Source: Isurus oxyrinchus | Lineage: Eukaryota | DNA: 64,000 bases | Assembly (NCBI GenBank): GCA_026770705.1 | Contig: JANJGN010000035.1 | Location: 7,378,001 to 7,442,000 of the forward strand | Direction of reading: 5' to 3' | Shown: positions 35,111-47,404 of the stretch, piece by piece | Position numbering within the stretch: position 1 is the first letter of the stretch | Layout: the number at the start of each line of letters is the position of its first letter | The notes under the pieces: generated by a model | Databases searched by the model: none | Told to the model about the DNA's origin: nothing | Seen by the model: the letters and a program-made list of their open reading frames with translations, nothing else | Position numbers and translations under genes: made by a program

Positions 35111-38100
35111 AGCTCAGGATAATCTCGATGCTCTTGTACTCTATGCCCCTATGAATAAATTTCATGAAACTGCATGCTGTATTAGATGATCTATCTACTT
35201 CACCATCCACGTGCAAAGATCTATGCACATATGCACCCAGATCCTGCTGCTGCTGCACCGCCTAAATAATGTTTCACCTTATTCTGTACTGTCTCTACCT
35301 GTATCCGTTAGTAAACTCTTCTCCAGTTGTTCTTCAGTGTTTATTGTAAGCCTGTTGTTCCAATATCCCTTCGTTATCAAAACTTCCAGCTTATAAATCT
35401 GTCAAGATGATTCAGGCATTTTCACAGCAGCATTACAACAATGAAATTAATTAATGCTGTCTTCTTTTTTTTTTTTAGCAATTTAGCAGCTTTACTTCCC
35501 TTTTCTCACATTACATGACATGGTAAATATTTATAGCACCTGAGCCTTTCTCTCTTAATCTCAATGCTTTCAAAGGATCACTTAATCATTACTCACACAC
35601 TCACAATCCCAGAAAAGAAACTGAATTTCAAATTAATTTCTGTTATAAAAAGTTCAGAAACCTCCAATGATTATCTGCTTCGATATATTTTTATGCATAT
35701 AAACTTTTGAAAGGATATTCCATCACTTAACATCACCAACATTAGGAATCAAAACACACATGTTTTGATCTTCTAGAATTACGAAGCAGAACAGACTGCT
35801 CCTTCTTCGTAAGTTTGCATGTTCTTTTGTAAGGTTACTCTAATATGTTAAAACATAAACAAAAATCCCGCGGATGCTGCAAAGCTGAAGATAAGAAAAA
35901 AAATCAAACAGAAAATGCTGTAGAGACACACAATACCTGGCAGCATCTGTGCAGTTAGAAACCGAGTTACCATTAAGAGAACAAAACACAAGCTTGGCTT
36001 AGAAGACCTCTTACAGAGCCGAAACGTGGGATCAAGAACACATCTCCGCGCAAAAGGCGGGGCCAGCACCTGGAAGTGCATAACAACTCCGTGGCCTGTG
36101 TTCAAACTCAAAACATAATATGCTGATAGATCCAATTGCGAATCGAGGGTGTGTTTGATGCCTAGAGCGGTTGAACAAGTGCTTAAAGGTAGGCTGCCGG
36201 CCTCCGAGATCTTTTGCCGTGAGCCGGAATGTGGTCAGAGCCCCCTTGTATATACCGGTGTCAGGTGACCTCGAAAATGTCTACACTGTGCCGAGTACTG
36301 CAGCATGTTTAAACAGGAGATAATTGCAGTGTTTAAGGTAAGTGTTCATCTGTGTAATTTGTGTTGTAGTCATTTTTTAACAATTGAGCAAAGGTTGCTT
36401 TCTTTTTGACCATTAACTCGTTTCCCCATGTTAAAAGGGAGGAGTTGACTACATGTTGCATGTTTCCCTATAAAGGTGTACACGCCATTTGAACTAATGG
36501 AAAGACATAAGAGAGGGGTCAAACCAACCCCTATATTTAATGATGGAACACAGCGTACCCTCCTCCCTTATCTTCAAACAGACAGAATCATCTAATGCCA
36601 TCAATGCGATCATCTCCAGGGCTTTCCAATCATCTCCCATCAGCGTCAGATGAATTGTCACTAATTTTCTCAAGGATATCCGCTCTCTGGATGGACAGAG
36701 GTTATGAAGGGTGCAGAGGACTACCTTTTTGACGGGGGCACATGATGCAGCGTACTGACATATTCTACTAAACTATCAAGGCAGCTGATTCAAACATTCC
36801 AGACGTGATTGTGTACACTGCAATGGTGCTTCCAAGGTTGTCAAAGTATCTCCACTCTGAATCTACTCTAAATGACGACACATGCCTTTTGAGCCTCATC
36901 TTCAATGTTCATTCCCCACGAGTCACCCACACAGGACATCAGGACTGATGAATAAATCTGGAACCTATGGGTTTTGCAGGATTCGTGACTGCTAACCGGG
37001 TACCCGGTGCCTACTAGCACGATGTTTCATAAATTCTCACAGATCAGCCTAATGTTCAGCGAGTGGAAGATGTTCCTTTTTGTCAAGGTACAGGACTATC
37101 AAGACTGAGCCTCACTGTCGATGCGCACAACGCCAAATATTCACTCTGCCTTGAAACCCCACTGGCTCTTTCGATTTTAAATTGCTTGCCCAATGTGTAA
37201 CAGATGTAATTGCCTACCATTCTAAACACAGCGTCCGAGAAGACCTTTATACAGTGGCATGTAAAAGGCTGTGGTATTCCACTGTGGACTATGCTTGGTG
37301 CATGAAAGGGACCTGTGACAAAGAAGTTCAGCATGGCATACGCTTCGTTGCAGCTGCTTTCCACAGCATCAAACCCACCAACCACAAAACCCTAAGCACT
37401 CCCCCCAAATCTACGCAGTTTGAGAAGATTTCCTAGTTGGCATTTCATAGAATGATGTCTCTATGGATCTTGATAGCCGAACCGTTCTCTTGCATTAAGT
37501 TTGTGAAATTTGCAGATAGCTCGATCTCTGTGGAGGTTGTGTAAGACGTTCTTCTCCCCCGCTGAGGATACTTAGCGGGTCATGACTCTCAGCTCTGGCG
37601 TGGCTCTAGCCGCTTCATGCAGCACCAGTGCATCCTGGACATCCTATTCTGCTCATCTTCATCTCACTCTCCTCTCCCTATTATTCTCACTGCAGGTTGT
37701 TTCACCTTCCGAAACCAAAATGACCATCTCCCTCAACTATGTTTAATCCTGAGGATATGTCCAGGAGCAAATTATTGAAAGCAGCAGAGCATCCTACAGC
37801 CAAGATAAGGCCTCTAGGTCATATGATATTAATATGTTTCCTGCGATCATTGAATGAAGTGCCTCCAGCACTAACAGGTCAAATAATTCCTAAGCTGAGA
37901 CTCAGTGCACTTCTCAGTAATTGAACACACCCCAAAATCATTCTCCTTAAAAATACACATGGCATGAATCTGACTCAATTGTAAAACAACTTTTGTATTG
38001 TTTTATGCCGTCAATTAGGGCGTTGAGGGCCATGGATATACCGTTACTTCAGATTTGCATAACACGATGGGGATTCGATATTTTAAACTCGCCTGTGTGT

Positions 38101-39078
38101 CATCGTATACAGAAGTGGCATGATGGCGTCGGGAATGGTGGCAAAACTCATCACGCCCGATAATGCATCTCGATATGTGCGGAACACTCCTGCTTTGAAA
38201 GTCTATTGTTCTGTCCGTTTACTGTTTCTTTTCCACAGATGGTGCCAGACATCTGCTTATTACGAACATTTTCAGTTTTTTTTTTTAAATCTCATACATG
38301 TTCATTTGTGTGAACGAATATGGGGATATTTCAATTTGAATATGTTAACATATTTTTAAAATTCTGTATACTCTGAACTAATCCAGCAGTTGATGCATTA
38401 TGCATGGCTACTTGATCCATCTTCACCTATGGACACTGTATCTTCCGAACGCGGGCAATGGGCTCCTTCAACTGCTAAATTGTTGCTTCTTAATTTTTAA
38501 CAATCTCCCAACATATGCCATTTGTTCTGGTAACCATAATACATTTGTCTCCAAGGATCATTCATAGCATCCATGCTCTATTTTTCTTACGACCTAAGAG
38601 AAGATCTGTCTCTCCATTTCGTCTATCTCCCTCATTGCAACCAATGATCTGCTCATTATCAAACTTGTTAGCTCTGCCGTTATCTGTGAGTTTGCCAACA
38701 GTGACTTACTGCTACTCGCAATATTGTGAAAACATTCCCAAACTTCCGCCATTATTTCAACAATCCTTTAATAGTATGCTTACCGTCTTGCACATGAGGT
38801 ATTTTGCTCAAAGGTGCGCTATTTCTTTTTGTTCAACATTTTTCCTCAGCAACACCACCCTTTTCTTTCTGTACCCAGTTACAATTTCAGAGATCTTTGG
38901 AAGCACGTAAAGCAATTGTATATCGCTCTAAAATTTAACAAAATTCTGGTTCTTTCCCTTCCTTAAATTTCTGAAATAATTTCTGCACATTTTTCTCAAC
39001 AACGCTTTGGAATTCAGGTCAGCAGAATTGCCCCGTTGATAGTCGCTTCACTAAAAGACCTCAATAAAACGTTAAAAG

Positions 39079-39586
39079 AAAAACAGAATTACCTGGAAAA
39101 ACTCAGCAGGTCTGGCAGCATCGGCGGAGAAGAAAAGAGTTGACATTTCGAGTCCTCATGACCCTTCGACAGAACTTGATTTCGAGTCCAAGAAAGTTTT
39201 GAAATATAAGCTGGTTTAAGGTGTGTGTGTGGGGGGCGGAGAGACAGAGAGAGAGAGAGGTGGTTGTGTAGACAAACAAGCAGTGACAGAAGCAGATCAT
39301 CAAAAGATGTCAGCGACAATGGTACAAAAGAACACATAGGTGTTAAAGTTAAAGTTGGTGATATTATCTAAACGAATGTGCTAATTAAGAATGGACGGTA
39401 GGGCACTCAATGTACAGCTCTAGTGGGGGTGGGGAGAGGATAAAAGATTTTAAAATGTTAAAAAAATAGGTGGGAAAAGAAAAATCTATATAATTTATAG
39501 GGAAAAAAAAGGAAAAAGGGGGAAACAGAAAGGAGGTGGGGATGGGGGAGGTAGCTCACGACCTAAAGTTGTTGAACTCAATATTC
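39079..39586 (-). repeat. PLE pseudo-LTR, left arm of inverted repeat
   Basis: Reverse complement of 41417-41926 with scattered substitutions. The ORF track shows near-identical peptides at 39089-39337(-) and 41666-41914(+). Confidence 0.95.
39138..39176 (-). ncRNA. Minimal type I hammerhead ribozyme motif (variant core; stem III palindrome mutated)
   Basis: Reverse complement reads AGTT-CTGTCGA-A-GGGTC-ATGAG-GACTC-GAAA-T-GTC-AACT. Confidence 0.7.
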
Positions 39587-41416
39587 AGACCAGAAGGCTG
39601 TAAGGTGCCTAATCGGAAGATGAGGTGTTGTTCCTCCAGTTTGCGTTGGGCTTCACTGGAACAATGCAGCAAGCCAAGGACAGACATGTGGGCAAGAGAG
39701 CAGGGTGGACTGTTAAAATGGCAAGCGACAGGGAGGTTTGGGTCATTCTTGCGGACAGACCACAGGTGTTCTGCAAAGCGGTCGCCCAGTTTACGTTTGG
39801 TCTCTCCAATGTAGCGGAGACCACATTGGGAGCAACGAATGCAGTAGACTAAGTTGGGGGAAATGCAAGTGAAATGCTGCTTCACTTGAAAGGAGTGTTT
39901 GGGCCCTTAGACGGTGAGGAGAGAGGAAGTGAAGGGGCAGGTGTTACATCTTTTGCGTGGGCATGGGGTGGTGCCATAGGAGGGGGTTGAGGAGTAGGGG
40001 GTGATGGAGGAGTGGACCAGGGTGTCACGGAGGGAGCGATCCGTACGGAATGCCGATAAGGGGGGTGAAGGGAAGATGTGTTTGGTGGTGGCATCATGCT
40101 GGAGTTGACGGAAATCGCGGAGGATGATCCTTTGAATACGGAGGCTTTTGGGGTGATAAGTAAGGACAAGGGGGACCCTATCATGTTTCTGGGAGGGAGG
40201 AGAAGGCGTGAGGGCAGAGGCGTGGGAGATGGGCCGGACACGGTTGAGGGCCCTGTCAACGACCGTGGGTGGAAAACCAAGGTTAAGGAAGAAGGAGGAC
40301 ATGTCAGAGGAACCGTTTTTGAAGGTAGCATCATCGGAACAGATGCGACGAAGGCGACGGAACTGGGAGAATGGGATGGAGTCCTTACAGGAAGCGGGGT
40401 GTGAGGAGCTGTAGTCGAGGTAGCTGTGGGAGTCGGTGGCTTTGTAAATGATATTGGTGGACAGTCTATCACCAGAGATTGAGACAGAGAGGTCAAAGAA
40501 GGGAAGGGAAGTGTTAGAGATGGACCACGTGAAAATGATGGAGGGGTGGAGATTGGAAGCAAAATTAATAAATTTTTCCAAGTCCCGACGAGAGCATGAA
40601 GCAGCACCGAAGTTATCATCGATGTACCGGAGAAAAAGTTTTGGAAGGGGGCCGGAGTAGGACTGCAACAAGGAATGTCCCACATACGCCATAAAGAGAC
40701 AGGCAAGTTGGGGCCCATGCTGGTACCCATAGCCACACCTTTTATTTGGAGAATGTGAGAGGAGTTGAAGGAGAAATTGTTCAACGTGAGAACAAGTTCA
40801 GCCAGACGGAGGAGAGTAGTGGTGGATGGGGATTGTTCGGGCCTCTGTTCGAGGAAGAAGCTAAGGGCCCTCAGAACATCCTGGTGGGGGATGGAGGTGT
40901 AGAGAGATTGGACGTCCATGGTGAAGAGGAAGCGGTTGGAGCCAGGGAACTGGAAATTGTTGATGTGACGTAAGGTGTCAGAGGAATCACGGATGTAGGT
41001 GGGAAGGGACTGGACAAGGGGAGAGAGAAGGTAGTCAAGATAACGAGAGATGAGTTCTGTGGGGCAGGAGCAAGCTGAGACGATCGGTCTACCGGGGCAG
41101 TTCTGTTTGTGGATTTTGGGTAGGAGATAGAAGCGGGCCGTCCGAGGTTGTGCGACTATCAGGTTGGAAGCTGTGGGAGGGAGATCCCCAGAGGAGATGA
41201 GGTCAGTGACAGTCCTAGAAACAATGGCTTGATGTTCAGTGGTGGGGTCATGGTCCAAGCAGAGGTAGGAGGAAGTGTCTGCGACTTGACGCTCAGCCTC
41301 CGCGAGGTAGAGGTCAGTGCGCCAGACAACAACAGCACCACGCTTGTCAGCGGGTTTGATGACAATGTCAGGGTTGGACCTGAGAGAATGGAGTGCAGTA
41401 AGTTCAGAGAGAGACA
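39556..41416 (-). pseudogene. PLE RT/GIY-YIG ORF with two visible lesions
   Basis: 1-nt deletion at about 40705 (compared with the sister copy at about 62170) and TAA at 39909-39907. Otherwise continuous across ORFs 41258, 40692 and 39885. Confidence 0.9.
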
Positions 41417-41964
41417 GAATATTGAGTTCATCAACTTTAGGTCGTGAGCTCCCTCCCCCATCCCCACCCCCTTTCTGTTTCCCCCTTTTTCCTTTTTTTT
41501 CCCTATAAATTATATAGATTTTTCTTTTCCCACCTATTTTTTAAACATTTTAAAATCTTTTATGCTCCCCCCACCCCCACTAGAGCTGTACCTTGAGTGC
41601 CCTACCATCCATTCTTAATGAGCATATTCGTTTAGATAATATCACCAACTTTAACTTTAACACCTATGTGTTCTTTTGTACCATTGTCACTGACATCTTT
41701 TGATGATCTGCTTCTATCACTGCTTGTTTGTCTACACAACCACCTCTCTCTCTCTCTATCTCTCCGCCCCCCACACACACACCTTAAACCAGCTTATATT
41801 TCAACTCTTTCTTGGACTCGAAATCAAGTTCTTTCGAAGGGTCATGAGGACTCGAAACGTCAACTCTTTTCATCTCCGCCGATGCTGCCAGACCTGCTGA
41901 GTTTTTCCAGGTAATTCTGTTTTTGTTTTGGATTTCCAGCATCCGCAGTTTTTTTTGTTTTTAT
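41417..41964 (+). repeat. PLE pseudo-LTR, inverted right arm
   Basis: Starts GAATATTGAGTTCATCAACTTTAGGTCGTGA (end of the GIY-YIG ORF) in the opposite orientation to the RT it abuts. Confidence 0.95.
41827..41865 (+). ncRNA. Minimal type I hammerhead ribozyme motif (G5 mutated)
   Basis: AGTT-CTTTCGA-A-GGGTC-ATGAG-GACTC-GAAA-C-GTC-AACT. Confidence 0.7.
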
Positions 41965-42639
41965 CTCAATAAAACGTTAATGCCTTGACCAGACACACAA
42001 ACTGACGTTAAACTCTCTAACTTGACTTTGGCTATCGCAGATTTGTGGCATTATTCCTAAATGATGCAACACACATGCAAAATCATTCATCACAGAGAAT
42101 GGTCAATAATTGAATAATAATTGAGAAGATCAAATGCCGGAATCATTATCAACAGTTACTTCACAACCTGTTTAGGCAATCTAAGATTATTTATGACCAA
42201 ATCAAATGTCATTGCTTCTGCGCCTGCTGACGTCAGGCATGCTGACGTCGGGCATCGTGATGTCAAGCAGCGTTCCTGAAGAGATAATACGGCAGGGAGA
42301 TGAGCCTAGAATTCGGCAACCTCCAGTGTAATGTTACTAATTTGCGATGCTTAGGGCACCATTTTACGGCCCATGTCAGGGTACCTGAAGGCACTGGTTT
42401 GTTTTTGAGAACGCAAGGGTAAGAAAAGTGGGAGGATATCCTAACACCTACACATCTGCTCCCAGCTGACTATTATGATGTGGTGGGTAGAAAAGGCGTC
42501 ATCCGTACGCCTACTCATAGGCCGATTGAGTCGCTAATAGAGTCCACTCGAGTGCATGATTATCCCACTGAGGCAATAGCACAAACGATTGGGGGAAAGT
42601 AGAAGGCTGTTGGGCAATGCAGAACTTTAGCAGCTCAAC

Positions 42640-43410
42640 TGAAAGGCGTCAATGAAGTACTGGACAATTCTTTTGGGCACATCTTCACTCTGTCTGCAAG
42701 CAAGACCCACACCTTCATTTTTATTGGCATTTAAACAAACTATGCTGCTCTCATTCCCACATTTCTATCCTTGGCCTTCTGTAATATTCCATTGAAGTCC
42801 AACGCAAAATGGAGGAACAAAACATCACATACTGAACATTCACTATGGAGCCTTCCAGGCTTAAAATTGATTGCAACAAAATCAGACCATGAACTCACTC
42901 CTCTTTCTTCAACGTTTTTAAATTATTTTTTAAATATATTTTGTTTAACTATTTTCAGTTTTATTCATTTATTCAATTTATTCCCTTTTGAAAATTAGTT
43001 TTATATGTTTTGCCTTAACAAAGCTCCACCAGTGTCCAACCCCACCAATGCCATCCGCCTACATCTACCACCAGCAGCACGCACAAAAAAGGGTACTTGT
43101 CACTTATTTTATTCTGTTGTTTAGCAAAATACTGACCATTGTTGCACCATTAACACATTCTAACTTTTAAATTTTATGGCACTATCAACATCTAAATTAG
43201 CCTTCACCACTGCCAATTACACTTACATTGTGCTTTGTGCATTACATCTATGTTAATCTCTCCTCCACGCCCACCTATCGTTCACCTTCAACCTTGCTAT
43301 ACCTGCCCCACCACCAACAACATCCCAAGCCCCGCAACAAGACACCCCATCCCCTCCAACGTTCAATAGTACAAATTGCATCATAATTCTACTTCTCTTT
43401 AGCACGGAAT
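42640..43410 (+). mobile_element. Older PLE remnant (GIY-YIG C-terminus and partial pLTR)
   Basis: 'ttggccttctg...gaagtccaacgcaaaatggaggaacaa...agccttccaggcttaaaattga' is homologous to the reverse complement of 39560-39690. Confidence 0.65.
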
Positions 43411-46400
43411 TTTCATCACGAAAAAAAAAAACAAGGATTTGTAACAGCTGGTCTTTTCCAAGCAGGGACAGTGAAAGCTCGACTAAAAGACACTAGCCAT
43501 GGGAAATGTTCCATCGAGGAGTAATCGAAATTACCAGTGATAAGACGAAATTATGGAACATATCGAGTGACCTCTTCATTCAACGCTATTACCTTTGACT
43601 TTGTTCAGATATACATTTCGGAGCATCAGATGAATGAATTTAGCGCTGGACGGTATGCACATCCTTTTGAACGAATGAGTTTCACCTTTTTTTCTTCAAG
43701 ACCTTGCACTCATAGTATTTCATTGTAGAAACGGTGATAGGGAGGAACTTGACGCGAAATTTGACCAAACACATTGTTTCGCAAAAATTATTTCCTGCTC
43801 TGTGCCTAAACTGCAATAAAAAATCGAGTTTAGAACCACATTGTTGGTTTCGTTTCAGAGATACCAGAAGTTCAATTCAAAACTTTCGCTATCTATAAAC
43901 ATGAATTTCAATGTTCCTGGACTTGGCCCGATGCTACGTTCTTTCCAGTCCTGGAAGTCTACCTAAAAGCCAGCTGGCAGATCTTCGCAAGTTTTAGCCA
44001 TATCTTTCTACAATTTACAAACACCGATTCGGGCATAACATCAGAATTATGGATGCCAGTTCGAAGATGTTACATGTGTCTGTAATGGAGAAGCAGCACT
44101 GCAGCACGGGCCTGTAGCGGCAAAACCGAACTTCATATTTAGTTCATGTTTTAAAAAGCGGACGTCACAATACAGAGAATATGTTCTGAATGAATTGTTT
44201 TTAAGGAATAAATGTAAATATGAAGACTTTATTCAATATTGTTGTTGTAATTTGCAAGGTCAAAACATCTGGTTGTGTCCCAAGCATACAATGCATCAAC
44301 CTACTAAACTAGTTTCCCTATATGCTGCAAGAACATCTGTACCCCTGGATTAAGCTGATAGAGTGAAATATCACACAGATCTCTGAGCATCCAATGATGA
44401 TGTCAATACAGATTTAATCTGGTAGGATGCTGACTTGCTTTGCAAACTCAAAAAATTCTGGCAACATTCCAAGACAATGAGAATCCATAAAGAGACCAGA
44501 CAGCATCGTGTTACCTGCACGGTGAAACTTGCTGTACAGCTGGCAAGATCATCATATACTACCTTGCACTATTCAGCAAAATAATGATATAGAGTTAATT
44601 CCCTCTCCAGATGGCTCCACACCACCACCCCCTCCCCAGCTCTTCTGCACACAACTCTCAATACATCGGGACTTATCAAAGTAGCAGGTTAAAATGCTCA
44701 TATTTAACTCCCCCGTTCTTCTGCATTGCTGTCTTAAGATGATGCAATTTATGTTTTAAGGCCAAATTTATAAATTCAAAACATTGTTTTCAATTCCATT
44801 GTCACATAATCTACAGTTTGCACAGCATCTCTGCCAACTGAGCAATGCCAGTTTTGTGCTGCTATTGCTTTTAAAGATTGCACTGAGGGAGCTATAAGAT
44901 ATTTACGAGAGCAGATTCCCAGAAACAATGCCGGCCAATGGTGTCATCGTGATTCCGTGATTTTGTGCTTGTGCATGTGAGCATGTGAATATGTCCGAGT
45001 GTATGTGTGAGTTTGTGTCTTTGCATGTGAGCAAATGGTTTCACGGAACATGCAAAATGTCTCAGGAGTGTGCGGTTCTTTAAAATTTCCAATATTACTT
45101 CAAATATACCCACAATATGGCAAGGTGTCAGAGCTCTTTCAGCATCATTCACTGGACCAGAGAACTGTCAGGGTTTCTTAGGTATTCAAATTGTTCCTGT
45201 ATCCTGCAAAGATTTTGTCGGGTTTAACAAAATATATTCTAGGGAAAAGGGCACATTTATTTTTTCCTTTGGCATTGGATTTAAAATTGGACTATGGCTT
45301 TAAAAAAAAAAAAAAATCCATGGGAGCGTTTGAAAGACATGTTATCTGGAACAAAACGTGAGAAATCCATGTTGCCACCTCCGAGAACAGAGTGGCCTTT
45401 TTGGACAAAATGGTGCCTGAAAAGAGTCCCAAATAAAAGGAATTACTCAGCAACAATATTTTAATTGGCTCCTGATCATATGGCCAAGTTGTAGTGTAAT
45501 TGCAGTGAGTAACGAGATCCTCGCTTGCAAAGCGAAGTCATATAAAGCCATTCTCCCCTAAGTGAGCAGGATTACAGGTAATCTCCAAGACTTGCTCCGC
45601 TGATTCCTCTGTAAACTGCTCTCTCTGAGAAAGGAAAACCTTTGCTAGACGAAAAGGCGAAATAATCAGCAGCGAAATTTAAAAACAAGTGTTCAACCTG
45701 ACAACAAAACACTGAAAGAGTTGGAAGACCACCTCGTGTCATTAGCAATGGACGACAAGGAACTTGTGATGACATGAATAAAAATCAACCCACATAAATC
45801 CGTACACGTGTTGATGCTACTGACCTGTTTTAGTTCACGTGATTGTGTCTGTGCATTTATGTGTTTCTTTGTGTTTGTGTGTAGAGTTTTAGCAGGGCTA
45901 GACATTACGCCATAGAGTTGTAAGTTCACAGGTCGTATATCTTTATTTTGATGCTGCTTAATGTTAATTTCTTTCATCAATATTAATTTACCCGTTAGGC
46001 TCACACACCTGGTGCTCGGATTCTGTTAATTTAAGTTAAAACGTTAGATGCAATTAGGTTAATATCGTGGTTAATTATGCTTTTCATATTAGTTTCGGAT
46101 CGGGAAACAGTGGGGCTGGAAATTACAACACATCATTCCCAGTGATAATAGATATAGAGTGCTTTAGGATGAACAGGAGCTTGCCAAGATGTATATGGAG
46201 ACCAAAATTACTTCCATTCTGTACATGTAATATAAGTTTTTACGGTGCTGAAATGACATGCCAAGCATTGTGTTCAACTGAAGTTATCAAAGGAAAATAA
46301 AAGGTGTATATGGTACTTCCAGGTTTCTCAGAACCCGCCAGGTTTTTAACATATATGGTGCAAAGGGTGCACTGTGCCTTGTCTCTTGCCATAATCTGGA

Positions 46401-47365
46401 AATGCTCATCCCCAATCTCACCCATTCACACTCTCATGCATTCAGACATACCGAACATTCTTCTCATTCATGTGTCTTCCATTAACTTCACTGAATACCT
46501 TTTGATCTTCAAAATAGAGATAGCCTTCAGAAATGATGAAGTAATGGTGGCAGCATTATATAAACAGCTAATTGATCAGAAAATCAATAGTTCAGGTCAC
46601 ATTTAGTATTTCTATCACATTGAACCGGAAAATAGTGGCATAATATCAAATAACTAATTGTACGAGGAATCTCAACGAACACCTGCAATTGCCTACCTGG
46701 CAGGTTAGTAAAATAAAAGTTGCAGAATTCGAGCCTATTTTCTGCTGATGTACCGATTACATGATATATCTCGGCCTCTTATGATGTCTGTTACCACCAG
46801 TTCTGACCAAATCTAGGAGGTGTCAAGAACTGTCTGAAATCACGTGATAAAGCAAGTGTTAAGGCTCCAAAAAATTAGCTGCAAACCTCGAAACCCTGTC
46901 CCGGTTCAAGTAAACAAATGCATTAACCGACATTGTGGAACATTGATTAGACATTCTTTTTCCATGACAAGCAGGACAAATCCGAACAAGTCAATTTTCG
47001 GCTGAAATATTTAGCAAATGTTATCAGCAACGTCATGAAAATTATCAGCAACAATGCGTTAGAGGGACAATCCCTAAATTCAGCTGATGTTCAGCCAGGA
47101 CTGCAGCGTTATATCATTGCAGGAATTATTGACCTTATTGCAGACTTGGTCTAAGCTTTCACCCAAACTCCGGCATTATATAGCTAAGGTGAGAGTTACT
47201 GGCCCTGATACCAAGGCTGCAGTTGACCTAGAGTGCCTTTAATTGATTGCTATGTTGATATTTTAATTTTAATGAGAATCAGAGCAAAGCGTGCTTGTGG
47301 CTGCAGTCAAGTTTATTACAAAAGGAGAAAAAATGTGATTGTTGAATGAAAATCATCATAACCCC

Positions 47366-47404
47366 TGTTCTGTCGAAGGGTCATGAGGACTCGAAACGTC
47401 AACA
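47366..47404 (+). ncRNA. Minimal type I hammerhead ribozyme motif, most intact copy, in a solo pLTR fragment (47366 to about 47464)
   Basis: TGTT-CTGTCGA-A-GGGTC-ATGAG-GACTC-GAAA-C-GTC-AACA. Stems I and II pair, the ACGT palindrome is intact and there is a GUC cleavage triplet. Confidence 0.75.

Larger units (their letters stand above)
39076..41964 (-). mobile_element. Young 5'-truncated Penelope-like retroelement (Neptune-type) with inverted pseudo-LTRs and 16-bp TSD
   Basis: Minus-strand RT (FYLLPKIHK, GRPIVS, MDVQSLYTSIPH, KGVAMG, RYIDD), a Cys linker (CPRKRCNTC) and GIY-YIG (LVYCIRCSQCGLRYIGET). CTCAATAAAACGTTAA is repeated at 39060-39075 and 41965-41980. Confidence 0.95.

Noticed and set aside
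35995-36030. Hammerhead-like TTAGAAGA...CGAAACGT next to a decayed pLTR piece (35850-35975)
   Set aside because: Core and stems are too degenerate to support a call.
39882-40700. Pro/Ser/Thr-rich C-terminal half of the 458-aa ORF, and similar ORFs 62140-62775 and 62785-63378
   Set aside because: Alternative-frame translations of C-rich PLE RT sequence (after a frameshift), not separate genes.
45572-45700. Minus-strand acceptor followed by an open frame (VEHLFLNFAADYF...)
   Set aside because: No recognisable domain and no partner exons found.
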